From an uncultured Gemmatimonadota bacterium (GTDB lineage: Bacteria > JAAXHH01): a DNA stretch of 64,000 bases. The translations under genes were made by a program, and so were the position numbers. The notes under the pieces are model-generated. The model had not been told where the DNA came from. It saw only the letters and a list, made by a program, of their open reading frames with translations, and made no database searches. Every line of letters begins with the position of its first letter. Position 1 is the stretch's first letter. The stretch is taken from the NCBI GenBank assembly GCA_951812955.1, contig OX638340.1:1600001-1664000 (forward strand). The letters run 5' to 3'. Positions 20,254 through 29,801 of this stretch are shown here, piece after piece.

Positions 20254-21042
20254 ATGCTGACGGAAGACCAGATTCATCATTTTCGGGTGTTTGGGTTTCT
20301 CGCGCTTAGACAGGTCTTCGACACCGAAGAGATCGAGCGGCTTGGCCGCCTCGCGGACGAGATATGGTCCGGCGAACTGGGCCACACGCCCTCAGAGGAG
20401 GAGCATGTTTCGATGGCGCCGTTCCTCGAACTGCATGACTCGACGGCCGAGTTGATCGAAGATGCCCGCCTCTATACGCCCATGACGCAGCTACTGGGAA
20501 AAGATATGATTTGGATGGGTTCGGAAGGTGTGCAGGGCACCATGACCCGGCGGCCCTATCACCACTGGCACGCAGACCGGCCCGGACCGCTGGAACTCGG
20601 CTACCTGCGCATAAAGATCATGATGTACCTGGACCCGATGCGTAAAGACGCGGGAGCCTTTCGCGTCATACCCGGGTCGCACCGGTCGCCTCTGCACGAG
20701 GAACTGACGCCGTTCCAGCAGCGGCACGGGCTTGAGGACCCTGCGTTTTTCGGCAACCGGGGAAGCGAAGTGCCGTGTCACGCCGTGGAGACGGACCCGG
20801 GCGACGCGGTGATCTTCAACCAGAGCCTCTATCACGCCGTGTACGGTAAAGCCGGACGCAGGCGTTACATCGCCCTCAAATACGCGACCCGTCCCACCAC
20901 CGACGCCCACCTTGCGTCCATCATGCAGTACAGTCCCGACGCGCTGAAACCCCACGAGCGGGCCGTTCAGTCGGAGAGTCCGCGCCTGCGGGCCATGATC
21001 AATGGGATCGACGAACTTAAGAGGCGGGCGGAAACCCTTTAG
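20254..21042 (+). CDS. Phytanoyl-CoA dioxygenase (PhyH) family Fe(II)/2-oxoglutarate dioxygenase, paralog 1
   Basis: N-terminal LTEDQIHHFRVFGFL, an HxD (HWHAD) motif and a distal His, consistent with the PhyH fold. Confidence 0.7.
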   Translation: MLTEDQIHHFRVFGFLALRQVFDTEEIERLGRLADEIWSGELGHTPSEEEHVSMAPFLELHDSTAELIEDARLYTPMTQLLGKDMIWMGSEGVQGTMTRRPYHHWHADRPGPLELGYLRIKIMMYLDPMRKDAGAFRVIPGSHRSPLHEELTPFQQRHGLEDPAFFGNRGSEVPCHAVETDPGDAVIFNQSLYHAVYGKAGRRRYIALKYATRPTTDAHLASIMQYSPDALKPHERAVQSESPRLRAMINGIDELKRRAETL

Positions 21043-21246
21043 GTCACTTTGCGTGATGGTAGTGAATGGGTTTTCCAAGACATAACCGACCGCTCCGCAA
21101 CAGACAGTTCAACAGTGAACAATTACTGATTTAAGTTCGAGCTTCCTGAGACTTTTTCTCGAGAAAAACAACATATAGTACCCGTATCTCAGATACCCGC
21201 CCGGTGTATCATGTAACATTCCTAAACAATTAAAAGTCTGAATATT

Positions 21247-22170
21247 ATGATGACAACCAATAACCTTGTCATAGAAACCGAGCTACTCACCAAGCGATTC
21301 GGCGATATTGTGGCCGTGGACGGCCTGTCGCTGGAAATCCCGCGCGGTCATGTATTCGGGCTTCTGGGTCCGAACGGTTCAGGCAAGACGACGACCATGG
21401 GTATGCTTCTCGGACTCGTGAGGCCGTCCGCAGGACGTTTCAGCCTGTTCGGAGGACGCATAACGCATAGGGAATCACTCACCCGGACCGGTGCCGTCGT
21501 GGAGTTCCCCTCCTTCTATCCGCACCTTTCGGGTCGTGACAATCTCGCCTACTTCCAGGAAGTATCTGGCAAGAGCGATGCGGTCGAACTGGATATGTTG
21601 CTGGATAAAGTAGGACTCGCCGAACGTGGAAAAGATCGTTTTCGTACTTACTCTCTCGGTATGAAGCAGCGGCTGGGACTGGCCTATGTCCTCCTGGGCA
21701 ATCCCGAACTCCTAATCCTGGACGAACCGACCAACGGAATGGACCCGGACGGCATGGCCGAAGTACGTGAACTTATTCGCAGCCTTGGCGACGGGGAACG
21801 CACCGTGCTGCTCTCCAGCCATCTGCTGCACGAGGTCGAACAGGTGTGCGACAGCGTGGCCATTCTTTCGCATGGCAGGCTCGTAGTCCAGGGTAGAGTC
21901 GACGACCTGGTTCACTCTCTGGCCGGGGAGAAGATCCTGCTTCGTACCACCGACAACGCGAAGGCGATCGAAGTGATCTCGAAGCTGGACTGGGTGACTG
22001 ACGTGACGTCGAAAGAGAAATCGATCCTGGTGTCGGCACCGCCGAAGAGGTCGACGGAGATTTCCGAGGTCCTCAGCAAGTCGGCCGTGTACATCGCGGA
22101 GATGACTTCCAGTCAGATGTCGCTGGAGGAATACTACTTCAATATTACGAGCGGTGCAAACGGGGACTGA
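21247..22170 (+). CDS. ABC transporter ATP-binding protein (ABC-2 exporter type)
   Basis: Walker A GPNGSGKTT, LSLGMKQRLGLA, ILDEPTNGMD. Confidence 0.9.
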   Translation: MMTTNNLVIETELLTKRFGDIVAVDGLSLEIPRGHVFGLLGPNGSGKTTTMGMLLGLVRPSAGRFSLFGGRITHRESLTRTGAVVEFPSFYPHLSGRDNLAYFQEVSGKSDAVELDMLLDKVGLAERGKDRFRTYSLGMKQRLGLAYVLLGNPELLILDEPTNGMDPDGMAEVRELIRSLGDGERTVLLSSHLLHEVEQVCDSVAILSHGRLVVQGRVDDLVHSLAGEKILLRTTDNAKAIEVISKLDWVTDVTSKEKSILVSAPPKRSTEISEVLSKSAVYIAEMTSSQMSLEEYYFNITSGANGD

Positions 22171-22172
22171 AC

Positions 22173-23219
22173 ATGATCCGGCAAATCCTGAACCTGGCGC
22201 GTTGGGATGTGATCAAGCTCCGGCGACGATGGATGCCATGGGTGTTTCTGGTGTTCATCGTATTGTCCTCGCAGCTAAGGCTATTGACTGAATACCAAAA
22301 GTTTAGCAACGCAGACCCTGGACGGATAGAAGTTCAGGCGGGACCTGGTGACGAGGAGGGCGAATATACCACCATCGGCATTTCCTGCCTGGACATCCAG
22401 GACGGCGCGGTTGAATCCAGGCTGACGGGGATGCAGAATGAATACCGGAATAAGGCACTACAAGAGATAGAATCGCTCAGGGAGCGATGCCCGGGTACTC
22501 TTGCCATGTACGATACGGCTCGTAAGATCTTCCTCAATAATGCGGCGCTGCCAGGCAGCCTGTCTTTCGGCTTTGGTATGTTCGGGACTATGGGGTATGT
22601 GTTCGTCATGATCCTGGCAGCCATGGCAATGGGGGTCGAATACACCTGGGGGACGGCACGGCAGGTCTTGGCAAAGGGGTGTAGCCGCGGACGGTTTCTG
22701 GCGGCGAAAATCCTTGCTCTAATGGCCGTGGTCGGCATTGGACACCTGGTTGTAATGCTGTTTATGGGTATCAGCGGCCTGGTTATTTCGTACACTTTGG
22801 CGGATAATGGTATCACGACCGATGTAGTTCAGTGGTTAAGAGCGGGAGCGGACGCGATTAAATCAATGTACATGATGCTGCCTTACATCATCCTGGGGAT
22901 GTTCTTCGCGATACTGACCTCCTCGGCGTCATCGGGTATTGTAATCTCAGTGGTTTTTTTCATAGGCGAGTCGATTCTCAGGTGGATTATTGGCTCATAT
23001 CTGGGACCGGACGCGGCCCGGATTCTGATCTCCGTCAATACCCCGCTGTGGATGACGAGCCTGGAATTTCCGGCATTGGATGATCCCCCGGCGATTTACA
23101 ATTACATGAGAGACTTCCTGTCTACTTTCCTGCCCATCCTGGCTTACATCATTGTGTTTGGCAGCACCTCGTTTTGGCTATTCCATCGCAGGGACCTGCG
23201 TCCGTCCGCGGGAGGTTAA
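22173..23219 (+). CDS. ABC-2 family transporter permease
   Basis: 348 aa polytopic membrane protein, 2 nt downstream of the ATPase. Confidence 0.7.
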   Translation: MIRQILNLARWDVIKLRRRWMPWVFLVFIVLSSQLRLLTEYQKFSNADPGRIEVQAGPGDEEGEYTTIGISCLDIQDGAVESRLTGMQNEYRNKALQEIESLRERCPGTLAMYDTARKIFLNNAALPGSLSFGFGMFGTMGYVFVMILAAMAMGVEYTWGTARQVLAKGCSRGRFLAAKILALMAVVGIGHLVVMLFMGISGLVISYTLADNGITTDVVQWLRAGADAIKSMYMMLPYIILGMFFAILTSSASSGIVISVVFFIGESILRWIIGSYLGPDAARILISVNTPLWMTSLEFPALDDPPAIYNYMRDFLSTFLPILAYIIVFGSTSFWLFHRRDLRPSAGG

Positions 23220-23325
23220 TCAGTCTTCGAAAGCGATTCAATATACCGGGCGCTGCAGATCGCATACTGTGCTAACCTTGACCTTTTGCTAAACAACTAC
23301 ATGCAATCATACGGAGGTAGTATCC

Positions 23326-23889
23326 ATGCCTGGATTCCTGAAAAAAAGAAGAATGATCGACGTGCTTTGCGTCCTCGCGATTATAGCCATCGGGGCATAC
23401 TGGTTCACATCCCCCTATTTCGCAGTCCGGAGTTTAAAAGCGGCGGTCGTTGATGCCGATGAGCAGGCTCTGGGTGAGATGATAGACTTCCCTGTCTTGC
23501 GAGAGAATCTGAAGGATCAGCTCAAGTCGGCGACAGATAGATGGGCCTTTGAACAAGGTGAACCGGAAGCTATCGCAGGTATGGCTTTGACGTGGCCCAT
23601 TGTAGATAGACTGATTGATGTCTACGTTACACCGGCCGGTTTTGCCCAACTAGGTACCAAAGTGGATGTTCCCGACGATGCCAATATCCCGTTCGCCGCT
23701 TTGTCTGGTTCATTCGGGGCAGGTATATTGAATCAAGAAGACTTCGTGATTGACAGGGGGCTTAGATCCTTCTCGCTTCATATACAGACCAAGAACGAGA
23801 AAGGTGATGAGATTGAAGTGGTATTCGAAGGCAATGGACTGAATTGGACCCTGGTAAATGTCATCTTACCATTAAACAGCCAGGGATAA
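23326..23889 (+). CDS. DUF2939-like protein with N-terminal TM anchor
   Basis: YWFTSPYFAVRSLKAAVVDADEQALGEMIDFPVLRENLKDQL resembles the DUF2939 N-terminus. Confidence 0.45.
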   Translation: MPGFLKKRRMIDVLCVLAIIAIGAYWFTSPYFAVRSLKAAVVDADEQALGEMIDFPVLRENLKDQLKSATDRWAFEQGEPEAIAGMALTWPIVDRLIDVYVTPAGFAQLGTKVDVPDDANIPFAALSGSFGAGILNQEDFVIDRGLRSFSLHIQTKNEKGDEIEVVFEGNGLNWTLVNVILPLNSQG

Positions 23890-24020
23890 TTACCGGCAAA
23901 ACGACCGGAAGACTGCCAGCCACTATTAGGAAACCGCCGGCCCGATGAAGCCACCGGACCGGCGGTCTTGATACATACTTCCCTACACCTCTCCACTACA
24001 CGTGCCCAGCATCACGCGCC

Positions 24021-24365
24021 TTACACAGCGTCCTCGTCTCTTTCCCCGCTGCTGATGCGAACAGTCTCTTCGACGGGGACAACGAAAATCTTACCGTCTC
24101 CCGTTCTGTCGCCTTCCGACTGGGCAGCCTTCCAAATCACGTCGACGATCTCGTCTTTCTGATCGTTGGTTACCGCAATTTCCATGCGGATCTTGGCCGC
24201 CAGGGGAATATCGACCTCCTGTCCCCGGTACAGGCCTGTGCGATGGGCGGTACGGCCATGCCCGGACACCCTGGACAGGGTCATGCCGGGGATGCCTTTC
24301 TCGACGAGCGCATTGCGGACGTCGTCGAGCTTTTCAGGTCTTATGATGGCTACGATTAGTTTCAT
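24021..24365 (-). CDS. glnK: Nitrogen regulatory protein P-II (GlnK type, adjacent to amtB)
   Basis: MKLIVAIIRPEKLDDVRNAL... T-loop GLYRGQE with the conserved Tyr, and C-terminal DGKIFVVPV. Confidence 0.9.
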   Translation of the reverse strand: MKLIVAIIRPEKLDDVRNALVEKGIPGMTLSRVSGHGRTAHRTGLYRGQEVDIPLAAKIRMEIAVTNDQKDEIVDVIWKAAQSEGDRTGDGKIFVVPVEETVRISSGERDEDAV

Positions 24366-24453
24366 GCGTCTGACGTCTCCTGAAGTAATGGTCCTTGGGG
24401 TAGAATCGGGCAGCTATCTTTCTGCCCGTGAACCGCGCTGATTCCTTGGTCGA

Positions 24454-25755
24454 CTACAGGTGCGTCAGACCATAACCGTCCTCTCCGTGCTGGGAGTGGT
24501 CCAGGCCGACCTGCTGCTCATCTTCCGTAGCGCGGAGCCCGATCGTACGATCGATAAGCCACACAAGCACGCCTGTTCCAACGGCCGATAGCGCGACGGC
24601 GATGACCACGCCCTTGATCTGGATCAGGAACTGGGACCAACCACCGACGTCTGTGGCGACCAGCCCGACCAGCAGGGCGCCGAACATACCGCCGACGCCG
24701 TGAATGGCGAAGACGTCGAGCGTATCGTCATATCCCAGCTTGCCCTTGAGCTGAACCATCAGAAAACACACCACTGCCGCGCCGAACCCGAATACCAGGG
24801 CCCAGGCCGGGGTTACGCTGCCCGCGGCCGGCGTGATGGCGACCAGGCCGGCCAGAATACCGGAAACAATACCCAAGCTCGAGGCCTTGCCGTGATGAAT
24901 AAGCTCCGTAACGATCCAGCCCACGGCGCCGGCCGACGCGGAGATTTGGGTCACCGTCAATGCTTGCACGGCTGTTTCACCGGCGGACACGGCGGAACCG
25001 GCGTTGAAGCCGAACCAGCCGATCCAGAGCAGGCCAGCGCCGATGAGCGTCATCGTCAGGTTGTTTGGCTTCATGGCCCGGGAGGGATAACCGATCCGGG
25101 GACCAAGCACCATCGCGGCCACCAGGCCGGCCACGCCCGATGAAATATGTACCACCGTACCGCCCGCAAAGTCAATGGCGCCATCCTTGAAGAGCATGCC
25201 ATCCGCGTTCCAGACCATGTAGCACAGGGGTTCGTACACGACGAAACCCCAGAGCAGGATCAGCAGGCAGTAGGCGCCGAACTTCACGCGTTCGGCGATG
25301 GCTCCCGCGATCAGTGCAGGGGTGATGATGGCGAACATGCCCTGGAACATGGCGAACAGGTACGTGGGGACATTCGTCCCGTCCCAGATGGTCCCGGGAT
25401 CGACGCCTCCCAGCAGAAAGTAGTCGGAGCTCCAGCCGAGTACGCCCGGTATGATCGAGCTCGCGCCGAAGGCCAGGGCAAATCCGATTACCGTCCACTG
25501 CACGCCCATGATGCCCATGGCCGCGAAGCTGTGCATCATGGTGCCCAGCACGTTCCGGGTGCGCGTGAGCCCTCCGTAGAACATGGCCAGGCCGGGCAGC
25601 ATGAGCAGGACCAGGGCGCAACTGACGAGCATCCAGGCGGTATCCCCGGTGTTCAGCACGGCCGCCGGAGCCGCCGCCTCTTCCTGCGCGAGGACCACGC
25701 CGGGAACGCAAAGCGCCAGCGACGCGGAAATACGTAATATGCCACTAAGGGACAT
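24454..25755 (-). CDS. amtB: Ammonium transporter
   Basis: 433 aa with signal peptide and 11 TM helices. Amt signatures (DFAGGTVVHISSG, twin His region). Confidence 0.95.
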   Translation of the reverse strand: MSLSGILRISASLALCVPGVVLAQEEAAAPAAVLNTGDTAWMLVSCALVLLMLPGLAMFYGGLTRTRNVLGTMMHSFAAMGIMGVQWTVIGFALAFGASSIIPGVLGWSSDYFLLGGVDPGTIWDGTNVPTYLFAMFQGMFAIITPALIAGAIAERVKFGAYCLLILLWGFVVYEPLCYMVWNADGMLFKDGAIDFAGGTVVHISSGVAGLVAAMVLGPRIGYPSRAMKPNNLTMTLIGAGLLWIGWFGFNAGSAVSAGETAVQALTVTQISASAGAVGWIVTELIHHGKASSLGIVSGILAGLVAITPAAGSVTPAWALVFGFGAAVVCFLMVQLKGKLGYDDTLDVFAIHGVGGMFGALLVGLVATDVGGWSQFLIQIKGVVIAVALSAVGTGVLVWLIDRTIGLRATEDEQQVGLDHSQHGEDGYGLTHL

Positions 25756-25954
25756 ACGGAAAACCTCCCTGTTGTGATGGAATAGACACGACCATTCGAA
25801 AATGAGATAGTAATATAGCGCCCGACTGTTACAGGGATATTTCCCGGAGGTTAAATCCGTGTAAACTGAGGGAAATTACTAAAAACGTGTGGGTTTTTTG
25901 TGGATATGGGCGGTGCTGGAAGGGACAATCACCCGTCGGGGCCCGGGTCGCGGA

Positions 25955-27706
25955 CTAGTACGGCAAATCGCCCGTCGGGTCATTGGCGTAGCGCGAGGTG
26001 CCCAGCGTGAGACTTGCGCCGGCCCCGGGCGCTAGATCCACCGTCAGGGTCCGGCCGTGCACAGGGTGTTCCTCACCGCCGCCGACCCGGGCGGTCGTCC
26101 ACTGGTGTTCTCCGTACGTTCCACCCTGGACCACGACAGTCCGAGGTTCGAGCTGGTTGAGGTTGACGAGGATGACGCTCGTCTCCTCCGCGGTCAATCC
26201 CTCCACCAGGGCTCCTACGTCGGCAGGCAGTCCCGGCCTGCCCCTGAGCGGGTCGTAGTAGCGCAGGCGGGTGTGTAACGGCTTTCCCACCCGCGGGACC
26301 GTTCCGCCCATGGTCAGTTCGACCAGTGCGTCGACCGTGGCAGGACGAAAGGCGTTCGGGTTGTCCGACAGCCGCGTATCGGGCGTGGTGGGATCGTCGT
26401 ACATGTCCTGCACTTTCCGGCGTACCACGCCGATGTCCCGTTGCAGCGCTTCGACGGGGTAGCCGGGGTTGTTTCCTTCGAGGAAATCAATCCAGGGACA
26501 GGTCACGCGGCCGCGGTCCGCCTCGTCCATGGACCAGTAGTAGATGTCGAGGGCCCCGTCGTCGTAGGGTTCGTTCTCCCACTCGTACCATCCGTCATCG
26601 TTGTGCATGCGGGGATACATCTTCACGCCATCGACCATCCGGCTGTTCGCGTTCACCCCGTCAAGGGTCGTCCGCCAGGGTTCCAGGTAACGCCGGTCGC
26701 CCGTGAGAATGAGCGCGTTGCCGAATCCGTCCAGGCACCGGGCGATCCCGAGGCGGCTCTTGGGTTCACCGGAGTGGGGCGTGATCGTTGTGTGGGCCCA
26801 GCCGTACACGCCGCCCCACCAGCGTCCGCCTGCGGTGCCTCCGATCGTGCCGTCCAGGCCGATGTTCGACGGGATGATCCCGCCGTTCGCCCGGGTCCGC
26901 TCCACCCAGGCGTCGGTGTACTCGAGCAGCCAGTCCTTGTACTTCTTATCCTTTGTATGCACGTAAGCGTTGAAAGCCATGCAGGTGGCGGCCAGGTTAA
27001 GCGGGTGATCCCCGGCCACGTCTTCGTAGCCTATGTAGTGGTCCAGCATGTCCTGGTAGTGCCGCTCCCCGTGAGCCAGAATGAAGCGGCCGTCCTCGAT
27101 GCGGTCGCCGGCCCAGTCGAGGGGCGTGGTCTTGCGCAGGAGCGATCCCCGGCTGCCGTTGAACATGCTGCGGATGAGCCTGTGCTCCGGATCCCAGTTG
27201 GGTACTTCGATCTGACCGGGCAGTTCGTCGCCTTCCATGAAGAATCCCGCGAACCGGCGGAGCCGCTGGATATGGCGGTCGTCACCGGGGTCGCACAACC
27301 CGATGGTCCCCGTCACCGCGTTGCCTTCCTGGTGGTGGGCCCAGTCGAACATCACGGGAAACTCCCGGTAGTACATGCCCTCGCGGGCGAATTCCACCTC
27401 CTCCGTCTTGGCCTCGGTATACTGGCGCAGATGACCTTCCTGGGCCTTCTGGCACATGGCGACCAAGTCGTCCGATCCCCCGATCAGGTAGAGAGCGGGC
27501 ACGTTGGTGAGGTTCTCGATGGCGTCGTCGGGGCCGTCCAGCGCGCCCCAGCGCTCGACGCACAGCAGGTAGCCCCGTTCGTCGAAATACCGGTCGTAGA
27601 ACGCCCGCGTGTGTTCATTGTTGGCCCGGATCAACTCGCGTTCGAGCAGGGCCCATGGCGGCGGCGGCATGGGCGTGGTGATCGATAGGACGGCATGCTG
27701 AGGCAT
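25955..27706 (-). CDS. Hypothetical conserved cytoplasmic protein (583 aa, Trp/Gly/Asp-rich, no signal peptide)
   Basis: Long ORF with good coding character. No family recognised from sequence alone. Confidence 0.5.
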   Translation of the reverse strand: MPQHAVLSITTPMPPPPWALLERELIRANNEHTRAFYDRYFDERGYLLCVERWGALDGPDDAIENLTNVPALYLIGGSDDLVAMCQKAQEGHLRQYTEAKTEEVEFAREGMYYREFPVMFDWAHHQEGNAVTGTIGLCDPGDDRHIQRLRRFAGFFMEGDELPGQIEVPNWDPEHRLIRSMFNGSRGSLLRKTTPLDWAGDRIEDGRFILAHGERHYQDMLDHYIGYEDVAGDHPLNLAATCMAFNAYVHTKDKKYKDWLLEYTDAWVERTRANGGIIPSNIGLDGTIGGTAGGRWWGGVYGWAHTTITPHSGEPKSRLGIARCLDGFGNALILTGDRRYLEPWRTTLDGVNANSRMVDGVKMYPRMHNDDGWYEWENEPYDDGALDIYYWSMDEADRGRVTCPWIDFLEGNNPGYPVEALQRDIGVVRRKVQDMYDDPTTPDTRLSDNPNAFRPATVDALVELTMGGTVPRVGKPLHTRLRYYDPLRGRPGLPADVGALVEGLTAEETSVILVNLNQLEPRTVVVQGGTYGEHQWTTARVGGGEEHPVHGRTLTVDLAPGAGASLTLGTSRYANDPTGDLPY

Positions 27707-27921
27707 GGGGACTCCTGGTTCTTCGGGCGTATTCGCAGGAAGGACGTTTCATCCGGAGGTTTGGAAAACAGGCAACAACATATAACTGGAAGCCGCGGGT
27801 GTCAACCACGCCGGTCCGCGTGTTACCGCCGTCATTGACGGGCCCGTTCGGTATATCTATATTCGCGGTACGTTTCGACACGCGATTTACCTTTACGAAC
27901 CCTGATTCAGCCAGGCAGAAA

Positions 27922-28749
27922 ATGGACTTCACACCCCTTGCTCCGGCGCAGCGGGAACACTTCCGGGAGAACGGATTCCTGATCGTCAAGGACGCCCTCG
28001 ACGACGATCTCCGCAACCGGGTGACGGCGGTCGGCGACCGGTTCATGGAGACCGCAGGACCGATCCACAACTATTACGCCAACCGGTACATCGACCTCAC
28101 CCTGGACGACGCCCTGGTCGAACTCACCACCAACAGCCGCACGGTATCCCTGGTGGTGCAGCTCCTTTCCTACAACATCCACCTCATGCGGGGACACCTC
28201 ATCTACAAGTATCCCCAGCCGGCTTCTGACGAGCCGCTCTATCCTGACGGCGACGGCCGGTCCTTCCGCAATTGGCACCGCGACTTGAACAACTTTACGC
28301 CCGACCACCCGATCCGGGGGACGGTGGCTATTCGCGTCGGGTACTGTTTGACGGACTTCCCATCTCCCGACGCCGGGGTGACCATGCTCGTGCCCGGAAG
28401 CCACAAGCTGAACGAAGCCTTGCGGTTCAAGGAGGGCGCCCTCGACCCGCCGGGGTTCATCGAACCCGCGCTCGAGGCGGGCGATGCTTACATCTTCAGC
28501 ACCAGCACCTATCACACGCCAGCTGTCAACTTCACCAGCGACACCACCAAGGTCCTGCTTATCAGCTACACCTACCGCTGGTGGGCCCAGCAGCATCCGA
28601 CACCGCCGGACGAAGTGCTCGATAGCATGGATCCCATCACGGCGCAACTGTTCTGCAAACCCTGGGAAGGCGACGACGTGCCCCTTCGGGCATGGGCGGC
28701 GGAACAAGGGCTGCCGGTGGAAGATCCCCCCATGCGGGTATTCGAGTAG
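27922..28749 (+). CDS. PhyH-family Fe(II)/2OG dioxygenase, paralog 2
   Basis: The Met at 27922 gives MDFTPLAPAQREHFRENGFLIVKDAL. NWHRD (HxD) is present, plus a distal His in GSHKLNE. Confidence 0.75.
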   Translation: MDFTPLAPAQREHFRENGFLIVKDALDDDLRNRVTAVGDRFMETAGPIHNYYANRYIDLTLDDALVELTTNSRTVSLVVQLLSYNIHLMRGHLIYKYPQPASDEPLYPDGDGRSFRNWHRDLNNFTPDHPIRGTVAIRVGYCLTDFPSPDAGVTMLVPGSHKLNEALRFKEGALDPPGFIEPALEAGDAYIFSTSTYHTPAVNFTSDTTKVLLISYTYRWWAQQHPTPPDEVLDSMDPITAQLFCKPWEGDDVPLRAWAAEQGLPVEDPPMRVFE

Positions 28750-28807
28750 CGGGACTTTTTCCACTGACCAGATTGTTAGTCGTGTTCAATAAGATGATGG
28801 TCCCTGC

Positions 28808-29683
28808 ATGCACCAGGCTTGTCGGGGATTGTACAAAGGAGCAGTCATGCCCAAATCAGACTGGCCGGAACTTGCCGGCGCGGCCCAGCAGCGATGGAAC
28901 CAGAATGCGGCCTTCTGGGACGATTACATGGGCGAGCAAAGCAACACGTTCCACAATTTGCTGGTGCGTCCGGCCATGGAACGACTGCTGGCCGTGCAGC
29001 CCGGTGACAGCGTGCTGGATATCGGGTGTGGGAACGGAAACTTCTCGCGGCATCTCGCGGGGTTGGGCACCCGGGTCACGGCGATCGACGGCAGCGCGGA
29101 GATGATCGATCGTGCTCGAAAGCGCACGGAGGGACGTGCGAAAGGAGGTCCGGAAAACGGTAACGCGGGCAGTTTAGATTACCGGGTGATCGATGTGACG
29201 GATTCCGAGCGGCTGGTTGAACTGGGTAGGAATACCTTCGACGCGGCCGTGTCGAACATGGCCATCATGGACATGGCCGTAATCGGTCCGATGTTCGAGG
29301 CTGTCCACGGTCTCCTCAAGCCTGGCGGCGTCTTCGTCTGCAGTCTGACGCACCCGTGCTTCCAGGCGCCATACGCGGTACGCTATGCAGAACAGGAAGA
29401 CCGTGACGGGGAAATGATCAAAAGGTTCGGGATCAAGATCGAGCGTTATCTTACGCCGCGGCCCTTCGAGGGCCTGGGTATCGTGAGACAACCCGTGCCG
29501 CAATACTATTTCCACCGCCCCTTGTCCGTGCTGCTGACCACGTGCTTTGAGGCGGGATTCGTCCTGGACGGAATCGAGGAAAGGGCATTCGACGATAGCG
29601 TTAAGGCCGATCGCGAACTGTCCTGGGCGAACTTCCGGGAAACCCCGCCCATGATGGCCGTGCGTCTCAGGAGACTGGATTAG
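28808..29683 (+). CDS. Class I SAM-dependent methyltransferase
   Basis: Motif I VLDIGCGNG. An alternative start at 28847 (MPKSDWPEL) is possible. Confidence 0.85.
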   Translation: MHQACRGLYKGAVMPKSDWPELAGAAQQRWNQNAAFWDDYMGEQSNTFHNLLVRPAMERLLAVQPGDSVLDIGCGNGNFSRHLAGLGTRVTAIDGSAEMIDRARKRTEGRAKGGPENGNAGSLDYRVIDVTDSERLVELGRNTFDAAVSNMAIMDMAVIGPMFEAVHGLLKPGGVFVCSLTHPCFQAPYAVRYAEQEDRDGEMIKRFGIKIERYLTPRPFEGLGIVRQPVPQYYFHRPLSVLLTTCFEAGFVLDGIEERAFDDSVKADRELSWANFRETPPMMAVRLRRLD

Positions 29684-29801
29684 TTTCCAATCTGGCGGCC
29701 AGGGGGTATACGTCCGCCAGGCGCTGACTGTACGACAACTTACCTGAATTTCGCGCTCAGGTTCCGATCGCGCGGCAACCTGCAAGAACCACGCGCGCGG
29801 A

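Noticed and set aside
20491-21078. 195-aa minus-strand ORF
   Set aside because: Antisense to PhyH paralog 1, with no recognisable motifs.
26441-27688. 415-aa plus-strand ORF
   Set aside because: Antisense to the 583-aa hypothetical gene, which has far better coding character.
27907-28764. 285-aa minus-strand ORF
   Set aside because: Antisense to PhyH paralog 2.
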